The notes: generated from the sequence alone by a model not told the origin. 64,000 nucleotides of DNA from Pseudomonadota bacterium (GCA_038134595.1 JAYPVM010000001.1:382035-446034), one strand, 5' to 3'. Numbered from the stretch's first letter, positions 28,736-38,613 are shown. Made by a program: numbers and translations.

Positions 28736-29343
28736 GTAAATACCTGTCTTAGATTTCCACCGAAGGGCATCTCGGATCGTTCGTATTCTCGCCCTCGTCC
28801 ATACAAGAATGATTGCATGCTCGTAGTGTTTTGAAGCCAGAATTCGATAGTCTTGTTTGGCCGAGGGAAGATGTCAACTCGGTAACTACCGACGAATTGT
28901 TCTGTGGGATCAATACCTGCTGTAACAAGTTCAATCGGACCAAAGGCACCTTTGAAGTTTGTGACGGCTTCCCATTCGTCAAAGGGCAGTCCTTTATTTT
29001 TATTGTAAAAATACTGTCGCGCGCGGTCTACATCCCAAGCATTAGACATGTTTTGTGACTGAAGCGAGCAGTGTTTGAAGATACGCACAGGCGACCCAGC
29101 GCCAAGTGCCCAGTCTGTGAACATACGAATTGAGTCAGCCCATCCTTTCAGTACAGAGGGTGGCTGACATTGAGCGAAAGTTTGCTTTGGCGCGGAGCGG
29201 TGAGTCAGAGTTTCTTCGGAGGCAAGGCTCTTAAACCCATCTTCAGAGGGTGCAATCTTTTCGGGTGGCACCATTGAAGGAGCCTCGATGGGGTCTTGAT
29301 AGTCTTCCTGAGACCCATTTATTGGGGGGATTCTAGTAGGCAT
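28708..29343 (-). CDS. Hypothetical protein with polymorphic/RHS-toxin-like C-terminal domain
   Basis: Low-complexity N-terminus; C-terminal 'TEQFVGSYRVDI...NTTSMQSFLYG...GGNLRQVFTWKEP' resembles RHS C-terminal tips from recall; ATG 29343 preferred. Confidence 0.55.
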   Translation of the reverse strand: MPTRIPPINGSQEDYQDPIEAPSMVPPEKIAPSEDGFKSLASEETLTHRSAPKQTFAQCQPPSVLKGWADSIRMFTDWALGAGSPVRIFKHCSLQSQNMSNAWDVDRARQYFYNKNKGLPFDEWEAVTNFKGAFGPIELVTAGIDPTEQFVGSYRVDIFPRPNKTIEFWLQNTTSMQSFLYGRGREYERSEMPFGGNLRQVFTWKEPAQVS

Positions 29344-29492
29344 AAGACATCTCAAACTTGAAACGTAGAGGTTGTACTTGAGGTTATCGTTTATAGGCTT
29401 TGAGAAGTTTCGTGCCGTTTCAAAAGTAATATGCGGGATGGACGCACGGGTTACTTGATGCCATACTTTCTTGAGTAAATTAGCATGTATAC

Positions 29493-29682
29493 CTAGCAGG
29501 GTGGTGAAAAATGATTTCCTGTTGCACATTTCGATAGTTCGACTGCAACTTCGTTGGAGCCGCCGAAAAAATCCTTGAACGTATCTCAGTGGATACGCCT
29601 CCGGTTTTTTCGTTGTCTCCGCCTCGTTTCGTCAAAACTCTCAAAATGTTCACGACGGAACCTTTTTTCACCACCCTGCTAG
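29493..29682. mobile_element. MITE, 182 bp, 15-bp perfect TIRs, CTAG flanks
   Basis: CTAG|CAGGGTGGTGAAAAA (29497-29511) ... TTTTTCACCACCCTG (29664-29678)|CTAG. Confidence 0.85.
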
Positions 29683-29727
29683 TGGCAGAGAGCTGGATAT
29701 GCACATACAATGAGGTTTTAATTTCCG

Positions 29728-31650
29728 ATGATTTCTAGGGCGCAACCTTCGAGGAAGAGCTACAAGGCATTAGTAGTTTGTGCACTGGCTCTTCTCACTA
29801 CGGCTACCTCCTGCGGTGGTGGCGGTGGCTCAGGAGGCAGTGCCTCTGGAGGGCTTGCCTCGGCTAACAGAGGTTGTACTGGTAGTTGCCCGAATCAATC
29901 GCTCTCCTCATCTGAAGTCCGAGTGATTCTTCGGCAAGCTCTGACTGCCGCGCGTGCGCTCAATACTGCTGGAACATTTGCTGTGCTCGATAGAGTTGGA
30001 AATGTCTTAGCGCTCTATCAGATGCAAGGCGCGCAAAGCTCGAGCATTGTAAATGGTCAAATCGGTGCCGTAGGCGGGCTTGAGGGAGTAGCTGTACCGG
30101 CAACGCTTGCGGCGATATCAAAGGCTGGTACAGGTGCTTATCTTAGTTCTCAAGGTAATGCGTTCTCAACTCGAACCGCGAGTCAAATCGTTCAAGAGCA
30201 TTTTCTTCCAGGGCAGAGTTTTCAACCGGGAGGTCCACTCTTTGGGGTTCAGTTCTCTCAGCTTGTGTGTAGCGATGTTACCCTTGAAGGCAATGCAATG
30301 CTGGGGCCTCGACCGCTTCCTTTAGGTTTATCTGCTGATCCCGGTGGATTTCCTCTCTATAAAGATGGAGACCTCGTAGGGGGAATTGGAGTCGAGATAG
30401 ACGGGCTCTATACTCTTGATAGAGACGTAAGTAATTTTGATGAGGCGCCGGAGGAGTTTGTTGCGCTAGCGGCAAGTCGAGGTTTTGAAGCTCCGGCAGA
30501 GAGGGTGGGCGACAACGTAGTCGTTGTTGGACGCTCACTTCGATTCTCTGATATCGGCTACTCTGAGATTCCATCCTATGAAACTCTCGATGATATCTCT
30601 GATAACGAGCTAGTGGCGCTCGCAGGATTTACCGATGGAACGATAAAAGATGGGGCAGTTTTTGGCACTGCTGAATCCGGAATTGCCAATACGGTGCGAA
30701 GAGATATTCCGGTATCAGTTCTTACTGGAAGATTTCCTACGAAGGCAGGTCGTGCTCTTTCTGGAGGAATTGAGCTCTCTGTATCAGATGTAGATGCTCT
30801 TTTGGATTCAGCGCTGATGACAGCAAATCGGATGAGAGCTGCGATTAGAACTCCCCGCGATTCTTCAGCTAGAGTTTCCATCTTTGTAGTTGATAACAGA
30901 GGTGAGGTCTTAGGTTTTGTTCGCTCGCAGGATGCTCCACTCTTTGGTATCGATGTGGCGCTTCAAAAAGCACGAATGGCGGCTTTCTTAAGCTCCACAG
31001 ATGCACACGATATCTTGGTGCGCGCATCGGGTGGATTTAATAAAAACTATGCGGAGGCATTCGAGCAGCTTCTTGGTAGAAGGCTAGATGGGTCGCTAGC
31101 TGTGTCTGCGCGTGCTGTTGGAACTATCGCTCGACCGTTTTTTCCAGACGGTATCGATGGAAATCAGGAAGGTGCATTCTCACTTCCATATCCGGGTAGT
31201 ACAACCGGTGCTTCATGGAGCATCTTTAATACAGGACTCCAACTCGATTTAATTACAGCCGCCTTTGTAGCGCCGGTTGTAGCTCCAGGTAGTGTTCCAC
31301 ACCGATGTACCTCAGATGCAAGCTTTGGAGATAGGTTACGAAACGGTATTCAGATATTTGCAGGAGGCGTGCCTCTTTATAGAAACGGTGTGCTAGTTGG
31401 AGCAATAGGTGTAAGTGGCGATGGGATCGATCACGATGATATGGTATCGTTTTACGGCGCAAGCAGACGGGGCTTAGATTTTGCCGGTCATACCGAGATA
31501 GGGGATGCAGAGTATGGATTTAACGCGCCGCGAGAATTACGAATCGATAATGTAACGATGCCAACACCAGAAACACGTCTTCGATATGTGCAGTGTCCAG
31601 AGGGTGGCTTTATTCAAGGAACAGAGCAGAATATCTGTGGAGATGGTTAG
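29728..31650 (+). CDS. Lipoprotein with tandem GlcG/HbpS-like heme-binding domains
   Basis: ATS|CGGGGGSGG; two copies of '(A/F)V(L/V)D..G.VL', 'A..KA', 'GG.PLY..G.LVG.IGV.(S)GD'. Confidence 0.85.
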   Translation: MISRAQPSRKSYKALVVCALALLTTATSCGGGGGSGGSASGGLASANRGCTGSCPNQSLSSSEVRVILRQALTAARALNTAGTFAVLDRVGNVLALYQMQGAQSSSIVNGQIGAVGGLEGVAVPATLAAISKAGTGAYLSSQGNAFSTRTASQIVQEHFLPGQSFQPGGPLFGVQFSQLVCSDVTLEGNAMLGPRPLPLGLSADPGGFPLYKDGDLVGGIGVEIDGLYTLDRDVSNFDEAPEEFVALAASRGFEAPAERVGDNVVVVGRSLRFSDIGYSEIPSYETLDDISDNELVALAGFTDGTIKDGAVFGTAESGIANTVRRDIPVSVLTGRFPTKAGRALSGGIELSVSDVDALLDSALMTANRMRAAIRTPRDSSARVSIFVVDNRGEVLGFVRSQDAPLFGIDVALQKARMAAFLSSTDAHDILVRASGGFNKNYAEAFEQLLGRRLDGSLAVSARAVGTIARPFFPDGIDGNQEGAFSLPYPGSTTGASWSIFNTGLQLDLITAAFVAPVVAPGSVPHRCTSDASFGDRLRNGIQIFAGGVPLYRNGVLVGAIGVSGDGIDHDDMVSFYGASRRGLDFAGHTEIGDAEYGFNAPRELRIDNVTMPTPETRLRYVQCPEGGFIQGTEQNICGDG

Positions 31651-31652
31651 GA

Positions 31653-33467
31653 GTGAATAATAAGAGCGCTCAGCACGGTGACAGCGATAAAGGTTACTGG
31701 AGTTGTTTGCGCGATTTTCTCCTGCGAAACGCAGTTTGCTTTTTAGCGGTTGTTCCTTTGACTCTCCAAGCTGAAGAGAGAGGCGTGCAAGACGAAGTGC
31801 ATCGTGAGCAATCTCCAGAGGATATACCCCGTAGATTTACCGATAAAGATACTCCTGATTTTCCTGCCTACATCTATGAGTCGATACCACCTGTTGCAAA
31901 TTCTGCCTCGGATTTTCTTGCACTTCCGGATAGGTGGCGGATGTTTTATGCAGGTAAATGGTATGACCCGTACAATCAAAGTGTATTAAAGGGTGATGTA
32001 CCAATCTTTGGATCGCCGGGGCACGAGTGGTTTACAGAGCTTTCGATTCTATCGGACTCGCTCTATGAGTCTCGCAGGATTCCAGTGCCGGTGGGATTTG
32101 CTTCTACGAAGAGACCTGATAGCAATAACGTATTTGGTGACGGCGACCAGTGGATGTTTGTGCAGAATGTTATCACCTCGCTGTCGTTAATTCGGGGAAA
32201 CACAGCCTTTAAGCCACCTGATTTTGAACTCCGCATAGCGCCAGTCTTTAATTACAACTATGTATCGGCAGATGAGAATGGACTTCTAAAAGCTGACCCG
32301 TCATTTGGTTCAGTTCGAAGTGATAGCTTCATAGGTTTTCAGGAACTGTTTGCAGATATTCACATAGCTAATCTCTCTGACCGCTATGACTTTGTATCAT
32401 CAAGAATCGGTATTCAGCAGTTTAATGCTGATTTTAGGGGCTTCTTGTTTAACGATAATGAGCCTGGCGTAAGGATCTTTGGAAACTACGATAATAATAA
32501 ATTACAGTTTAACCTCGCCGCATTCTCAAGGCTCGACAAAGATGTGAACTCCGGCATCAACACGATGTTTACCGATCGTCACGAAGATGTGTTTGTCGCA
32601 AACCTCTTTAGGCAAGATATGCTTACCCTCGGGCATACGATGCTCTTTAGCGTAGTACACCGGGCAGATACAGCAGGAAATTCTGGATACAGATACGATA
32701 GAAACAACTTTCAAGCGCGCCCGACAGCTATAGGAGATCAGCGCTTTCGAAATATCTACAGCACGTATTTTGGTATTGGAGGAGACGGACACTTCGGACG
32801 GATCAACACGACCTCACAGTTCTACTATGTGATGGGTTCCGAGAGCCATAATCCGATTGCAAATCGTAGGGTCTCTATCGGAGCTGCGATGTTTGCCACA
32901 GAAGCTTCCGTGGATGTTGATTGGGTTCGGTTTAGAACATCCTTCATGTGGGCCTCCGGCGACCGAGATCCGTATGACAGTAGGGCAACGGGATTCGATG
33001 CTATCTTTGATAATCCTAATTTTGCAGGAGGCGACCTCTCGTTTTGGCAACGACAAGGCATTCCGTTTATTGGGGGCGGTGCTACCAATCTTGTTAATAG
33101 AAATAGTTTGCTCCCGAATCTGCGTCCCACAAAAGAGCTTGGGCAATCAAACTTTGTGAATCCAGGTCTAAGGCTCTATAACGTTGGAATGGATATTGAG
33201 GTCCTTCCTGAATTAAAGCTAATAAATAACGCAACGTTCCTAGAGTTTGATCAGCCAGCGGTTTTAAAAACGCAACGGCAAGACGGTTCAATGGGCAGAG
33301 AGCTTGGAGTGGATCTCTCAACTGGTTTCTTGTATCGACCGTTTCTAAATAATAACGTTCAACTACGGGCGGGAGTTGGTGTGTTTTTGCCAGCGCATGG
33401 GTACGACAATTTATTTGGCGACCGTGTTAATTACGATGCGTTTACTAATATTATACTGCAGTATTGA
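31653..33467 (+). CDS. Predicted outer-membrane beta-barrel (porin / alginate-export-like)
   Basis: Signal peptide (LQA|EE), alternating amphipathic strands, C-terminal aromatic residue (ILQY); start uncertain. Confidence 0.75.
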   Translation: MNNKSAQHGDSDKGYWSCLRDFLLRNAVCFLAVVPLTLQAEERGVQDEVHREQSPEDIPRRFTDKDTPDFPAYIYESIPPVANSASDFLALPDRWRMFYAGKWYDPYNQSVLKGDVPIFGSPGHEWFTELSILSDSLYESRRIPVPVGFASTKRPDSNNVFGDGDQWMFVQNVITSLSLIRGNTAFKPPDFELRIAPVFNYNYVSADENGLLKADPSFGSVRSDSFIGFQELFADIHIANLSDRYDFVSSRIGIQQFNADFRGFLFNDNEPGVRIFGNYDNNKLQFNLAAFSRLDKDVNSGINTMFTDRHEDVFVANLFRQDMLTLGHTMLFSVVHRADTAGNSGYRYDRNNFQARPTAIGDQRFRNIYSTYFGIGGDGHFGRINTTSQFYYVMGSESHNPIANRRVSIGAAMFATEASVDVDWVRFRTSFMWASGDRDPYDSRATGFDAIFDNPNFAGGDLSFWQRQGIPFIGGGATNLVNRNSLLPNLRPTKELGQSNFVNPGLRLYNVGMDIEVLPELKLINNATFLEFDQPAVLKTQRQDGSMGRELGVDLSTGFLYRPFLNNNVQLRAGVGVFLPAHGYDNLFGDRVNYDAFTNIILQY

Positions 33468-36400
33468 TGGTGAATTTTGTGGCGAGGCAAGGATTGAGCA
33501 GGTGTAGGAAAAAAGCAGGCGAAACGCCGATAGTACGCACGCTACTTGCTGTTCTGGTCTGTATGTGTAGTCGAGTCGCCATTGCAGAAGATCCCTACAC
33601 CGATGTATTAGAGCCAGGGATAACACAAGCCGAACAAGATGAAACAAGTCTAGGCTGTATTGACTGTCATACGAAAACGGATGCTCCGACTATGCACACT
33701 AATCCAGCTGTGCATATCGGGTGCGCCCAGTGTCACGGAGGTGATGCTAGTGTGCGAGCAGAAGGGGTTTCCAAAGAGGATCCCGTGTATGAAGAGCTAA
33801 AGCGCGCAGCACACGTTCTACCAGAAAACCCTGAAAACTGGTTGTCATCAGCAAATCCCAAGCACTCATATACCAATTTGATGAAGGAGCCACGTGAATT
33901 CGTGCGCTTTATCAACCCCGGTGATTTACGTGTCGCTCCGCAAGTATGTGGCGGGTGTCACAGTGAGATCGTTCCTGCTGTTCGAAAGAGCTTGATGACC
34001 ACATCAGCGATGCTGTGGGGAGGCGCGTCGTATAATAACGGACTTCTTCCGTATAAGCGGTATGTCTTAGGTGAAGGGTATACTATAGACGGAGAGCCTG
34101 CCAGTGTCGCACACGATAGCTCAAGAGAGATGACACCAGAGATGCAGGCGCGAGGCGTATTAGAGAAGCTTCTTCCTATGCCTACATGGGAGGTGTATCA
34201 GCCAGCAGATATCTTTAGGATCTTTGAGCGGGGTGGATTCTTCATTCGCTCGCAGTTTGCTGAAACGGGGCTGCCCAATCCCTTTGAAGAATCTGGTAAG
34301 CCTGATGTTCGAGCATCGAATCGGGGCCCAGGAACAGGTGGCCGCATCGCAGTGCCACTCCTTAATCTTCATAAAACACGTCTTAACGACCCTCATTTAA
34401 GCTTCTTGGGAACCAATGACCATCCGGGAGACTATCGAAGTAGTGGCTGTACGGCGTGCCATGCAGTGTATGCCAATGATAGAGATCCACTGCACTCAGG
34501 ACCGTATGCAAAATATGGGCACGAAGGAAAGAGTATTACAAGCGACCCAACGATCCCTAAAGACGAAGAGGGGCACCCTCTAAAGCACGTGTTTACCCGA
34601 GCCATTCCAACCAGTCAGTGTATGGTGTGTCACATGCATCAGCCTAATATGTTTCTTAATACGTATTTAGGGTACACGATGTGGGATTATGAATCAGACG
34701 CTCCAAGCATGTGGCCTAAGAAACAGAAATATCCCAGTGATGAAGAGGAGCATGCCTCCCTTATGCACAATCCAGAGGAAGCTGCTGTAAGGGGTAAGTG
34801 GACAGATATTGATTTCTTAAAGCGTGTCAGCGATCTCAATCCATCTCTTAATACGACACAGTTTGCAGATTACCACGGACACGGATGGAATTTTCGAGCT
34901 GTCTTCAAGCGAGATAGAAAGGGACGACTACTCGATAAAAACGACAAAGTGGTGGATTTTAACGATCCAAAGAAGTTTAAGAAGGCAGTTCACTTACGAG
35001 ATATTCATGTTGATTTTGGCTTGCAATGTATCGACTGTCATTTTAGCCAAGACGTTCATGGAGATGGTAATATCTACGGCGAAGTTGCCCAGGCAGTTGA
35101 GATAGGGTGTGAGGATTGTCACGGTACGATTCAAAGTAAAGCAACGCTAACAACCTCAGGCCCAGCAGCACAAGAGGGCGGGCGAGACCTATCCTTAAAG
35201 CGTACCCCGTGGGGCGAGCGGCAGTTTGTGTGGCAGGGAGATAAACTTATACAACGCTCACTGGTTACTGAAGGGTTAGAGTGGACAGTAAAGCAGGTGC
35301 GAGATTCCGTTGATCCTGCCAGTAAACATTACAACCCGCGCTCTGCAAAAGCTAAACTCGTTACAAGGATTAAAGATGGAACAACCTCGTACGGGATAGC
35401 GAAGGTAGAGGAGATCGATACCAAAAAGAAAAATTCTAATCTGGCACACCCCAACGAAGACATGTCGTGCTTTGCCTGCCACAGTTCGTGGACTACAGCG
35501 TGTGGCGGATGTCACTTGCCAATAAAGGCTAATAGAAAGACGACTACAAACCACTACGAAGGCAAAGAAACACGCAACTGGGCGTCGTACAATCCGCAAG
35601 TTGCACGCGACGCTATGTATCAACTAGGACGCCACGGACCAGCTAAGAATGGCAAGATCGTGCCGATTCGTTCCTCCAGCGCGCTTATACTAAGCTCCGA
35701 AGACAGTAATCGGCAGAAGATTTACGTACAACAACCCCCAACCTCTGCTAGCGGACACAGTTCACAGGCTTTTGCTCCGCATTTTCCTCATACAGTGCGA
35801 ACTCGGGAGACGAAGGGTTGTAAGGATTGCCACGTCTCTGAAGCAAACGATAATAACGCCATAATGGCGCAGCTGTTACTGCTTGGAACCAACTACGTAA
35901 ACTTTATGGGCTACCACACGTGGCTTGCAACAGCGGAGGCTGGTTTAGAGGCGGTGCAAGTCACAGAGTGGGACGAGCCACAGGCTGTAATCGGAAGTTA
36001 TCTGCATAAATACGCGTATCCTGACTACTACAAACAACACCAGGGGCGAAAACTCGAACTAGAAACTAGCCACAGACATCACGGAGCGGGGGGGAGCACG
36101 CAAGCCATTCAGCTTCGTGGCGAGTATCTCTATACTGCGGCTGGTAGCGGAGGTTTTAGAGTATACGATGTGGCAAATATCGCGAATAAGGGGTTCTCAG
36201 AGCGGATCGTGACGAGCCCAGTTTCTCCCCTTGGACAAAACACGCATGTTGCAACCACTGATGCAACCGACTTAGCGCTTCCAACAACGATGCCAGTAGC
36301 TCCGTTTAAGAAACAGTTGTCTGAGAATTTGGAGAGCCCGCTTCATGCCATCTACCACTATGCGTTTATTACCGATCGAAAAGAAGGTTTAATCGTAGTG

Positions 36401-37201
36401 AATATCGACACGCTTCAGGACGGTGAGCCTCGAAATAATTTTCTAAAGCGGGCTGCTACGTGGAATCCAGATGGAGTCTTAACAGGAGCAAGAACGATAA
36501 CGCTTGCCGGCGCCCGCGCGTTTGTCGGTACAGAGACAGAAGTTGTTGTCGTGTCGCTTCAAGATCCGCTTGCCCCTGTTATTGAGACACGTTGGAAGGC
36601 AGATAAGCCAACGGGGATAGAGGTTCAATTCCGGTATGCGTTTATGACAGATGCACAAGGGTTTCATGTCATAGATATCACTGACACTGCAAATCCACGG
36701 GAATTAGAGAGCGGATTTATACCGCTTAGTGATGCCAGAAATGTATATGTGGCAAGAACATATGCGTATGTGGCAGGGGGCAAGGATGGCGTTGTAATCA
36801 TCGATATCGAGAAGCCCCACAAGCCTTTCTTGTACCAGAGATTTACAGGCGATGGAGCAATTACAGATTGCTATGATGTAAAGGTCGCATCTACCAACGC
36901 TAGCCTTATCGGCTATGTCGCTAACGGACGAGATGGGCTCGTCGTACTACAACTTACCGACCCCGACACAGTTCCAGGATTCTACGGCTTTTCTCCCCCA
37001 GTAAAGCCCCGTATCATTGCAACGAAGCACACTGCAGGCTCTGCTGTAGCACTCTCCAAACCCCTTGATCGCGATCGTGCTGTAGATGAGACGGGGAATC
37101 AGGTAAGCGTTCTCGGGCGTCTGGGTAGCCGTCCGTTTACCTTAGAAGAGATGAGGCGTATGTATCTGACCCGTGAGGGCAAGCTTTGGACGGTAGAGTA
37201 G
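33464..37201 (+). CDS. Large decaheme cytochrome c with C-terminal LVIVD-repeat beta-propeller
   Basis: Signal peptide (AIA|E); 10 CxxCH; repeats GEYLYTA..GFRVYDV, YAFITD..GLIVVNI, YAYVAGG..GVVIIDI, GLVVLQL. Confidence 0.9.
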   Translation: MMVNFVARQGLSRCRKKAGETPIVRTLLAVLVCMCSRVAIAEDPYTDVLEPGITQAEQDETSLGCIDCHTKTDAPTMHTNPAVHIGCAQCHGGDASVRAEGVSKEDPVYEELKRAAHVLPENPENWLSSANPKHSYTNLMKEPREFVRFINPGDLRVAPQVCGGCHSEIVPAVRKSLMTTSAMLWGGASYNNGLLPYKRYVLGEGYTIDGEPASVAHDSSREMTPEMQARGVLEKLLPMPTWEVYQPADIFRIFERGGFFIRSQFAETGLPNPFEESGKPDVRASNRGPGTGGRIAVPLLNLHKTRLNDPHLSFLGTNDHPGDYRSSGCTACHAVYANDRDPLHSGPYAKYGHEGKSITSDPTIPKDEEGHPLKHVFTRAIPTSQCMVCHMHQPNMFLNTYLGYTMWDYESDAPSMWPKKQKYPSDEEEHASLMHNPEEAAVRGKWTDIDFLKRVSDLNPSLNTTQFADYHGHGWNFRAVFKRDRKGRLLDKNDKVVDFNDPKKFKKAVHLRDIHVDFGLQCIDCHFSQDVHGDGNIYGEVAQAVEIGCEDCHGTIQSKATLTTSGPAAQEGGRDLSLKRTPWGERQFVWQGDKLIQRSLVTEGLEWTVKQVRDSVDPASKHYNPRSAKAKLVTRIKDGTTSYGIAKVEEIDTKKKNSNLAHPNEDMSCFACHSSWTTACGGCHLPIKANRKTTTNHYEGKETRNWASYNPQVARDAMYQLGRHGPAKNGKIVPIRSSSALILSSEDSNRQKIYVQQPPTSASGHSSQAFAPHFPHTVRTRETKGCKDCHVSEANDNNAIMAQLLLLGTNYVNFMGYHTWLATAEAGLEAVQVTEWDEPQAVIGSYLHKYAYPDYYKQHQGRKLELETSHRHHGAGGSTQAIQLRGEYLYTAAGSGGFRVYDVANIANKGFSERIVTSPVSPLGQNTHVATTDATDLALPTTMPVAPFKKQLSENLESPLHAIYHYAFITDRKEGLIVVNIDTLQDGEPRNNFLKRAATWNPDGVLTGARTITLAGARAFVGTETEVVVVSLQDPLAPVIETRWKADKPTGIEVQFRYAFMTDAQGFHVIDITDTANPRELESGFIPLSDARNVYVARTYAYVAGGKDGVVIIDIEKPHKPFLYQRFTGDGAITDCYDVKVASTNASLIGYVANGRDGLVVLQLTDPDTVPGFYGFSPPVKPRIIATKHTAGSAVALSKPLDRDRAVDETGNQVSVLGRLGSRPFTLEEMRRMYLTREGKLWTVE

Positions 37202-37251
37202 AAGATATAGTTGATTGCACACATACCGAACTAAGAGAGATAAGCACCCCT

Positions 37252-38613
37252 ATGAAAGAGTTATTGTTTAAGGCGTGTTCAAGGCGCACGTTTTTGGGAA
37301 GCGGTCTCTTCTCTGTGGCGGCATTGGCAAGCAGAAGGTGTTTGGCAGAAAAAATATCCCATATCTATCCACCGTCATGGGTTTCGGATGCACATGAGGT
37401 ATTAAGAAATATTAGACCCGTATCATTTTCTCCGTTGGTGATAACGCTTGTTCATCGAAACGATGATGCGCAGGTTAGAATTCAAGATATGATTGATATT
37501 TTGGCTAGCCAAGGGGGTGGAACCTTGCGGTTGTCAGCAGGCCTGTGGCGAGTACGAGGGCCACTGCGTCTTCACTCAAATATCCACCTTCAGATTCCTC
37601 GAGGAGTGGTTTTAGAGTTTACAGGAGATAGAGACGCGTATCTACCGCTTGTTAAAACAAGATGGGAGGGGACCGATCTCTACGGCTACTCTCCGTGTAT
37701 CTATGCGGCAGATTGTAGCAATGTAGCGATTACAGGGCAGGGCGCTATTCGATTTGATTGTGCAGGCGACATGGTTCGCTGGAGAGATGAGCAAACAGAG
37801 GCGCAGGCGACGCTTCGCCAAATGGGAGATTCTGGTGTGCCTCTAGCTAAGCGGATATTTGGGAGTGGCAGTTTTTTAAGGCCGTCGTTCATACAGTTTA
37901 TTAACTGCTCCAGAGTACTTGTGGAGGGGCTTTCGATCGGCCCCACAATCTTTTGGGGGCTTCATATGCTTTATAGCGAGCATATTACGATACGAAACGC
38001 CAAGTTTGAATCACATACGGTAAATACCGACGGTATTGATATTGATTCATCAAAGCTAGTGCATATCGATGGATGTCACTTTCGAACAGGTGATGACTGT
38101 ATTGCAATAAAGTCAGGTAGAGACCTCGATGGTAGAACTGTTGCCAAGCCGAGTGAAGATGTCGTTATTCGAAACTGTTTTGTTGAGCGCAGTGGAAGTA
38201 ATGCACTTGCAATCGGTAGCGAGATGTCGGGCGGCGTGCGACGGGTGTATCTTATTCAGTGTCGTATTAAGGAAGCCGCTGGCATTATCACGATAAAATC
38301 AAATCTTGATAGAGGTGGCGTTGTCGAGGATGTTTTTGTGTGGGATGTTCAAGCTGATAGGTGCGGCACTGGTATTAAGATAACAAACTCGTATCACGGT
38401 TACAGGGGAGGGGCGCATCCTCCAAGTTTTCGCGACATTACGATAGAAACTATAGCTATCCGAGAGGCAAAGAGAGCTATCGATCTCGCCGATGTTCTAC
38501 AGGGGAGGGTAGCTCGGGTTCTCTTGCAAGATATCGTTATAGACAAAGCTTATGAGCCATCACGCATTTCGGATAGTGACGGCTATATTTTGCGGCGGGT
38601 TACGTTTAATTAG
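37252..38613 (+). CDS. Tat-exported glycoside hydrolase family 28 (polygalacturonase-like)
   Basis: SRRTFL twin-arginine; TRWEG, NTDGID, GDDCIAIKSG, IGSEMSGGV. Confidence 0.9.
   Translation: MKELLFKACSRRTFLGSGLFSVAALASRRCLAEKISHIYPPSWVSDAHEVLRNIRPVSFSPLVITLVHRNDDAQVRIQDMIDILASQGGGTLRLSAGLWRVRGPLRLHSNIHLQIPRGVVLEFTGDRDAYLPLVKTRWEGTDLYGYSPCIYAADCSNVAITGQGAIRFDCAGDMVRWRDEQTEAQATLRQMGDSGVPLAKRIFGSGSFLRPSFIQFINCSRVLVEGLSIGPTIFWGLHMLYSEHITIRNAKFESHTVNTDGIDIDSSKLVHIDGCHFRTGDDCIAIKSGRDLDGRTVAKPSEDVVIRNCFVERSGSNALAIGSEMSGGVRRVYLIQCRIKEAAGIITIKSNLDRGGVVEDVFVWDVQADRCGTGIKITNSYHGYRGGAHPPSFRDITIETIAIREAKRAIDLADVLQGRVARVLLQDIVIDKAYEPSRISDSDGYILRRVTFN

Noticed and set aside
29480..29710. 76-aa minus-strand ORF
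   Set aside because: Lies almost entirely within the MITE; likely spurious
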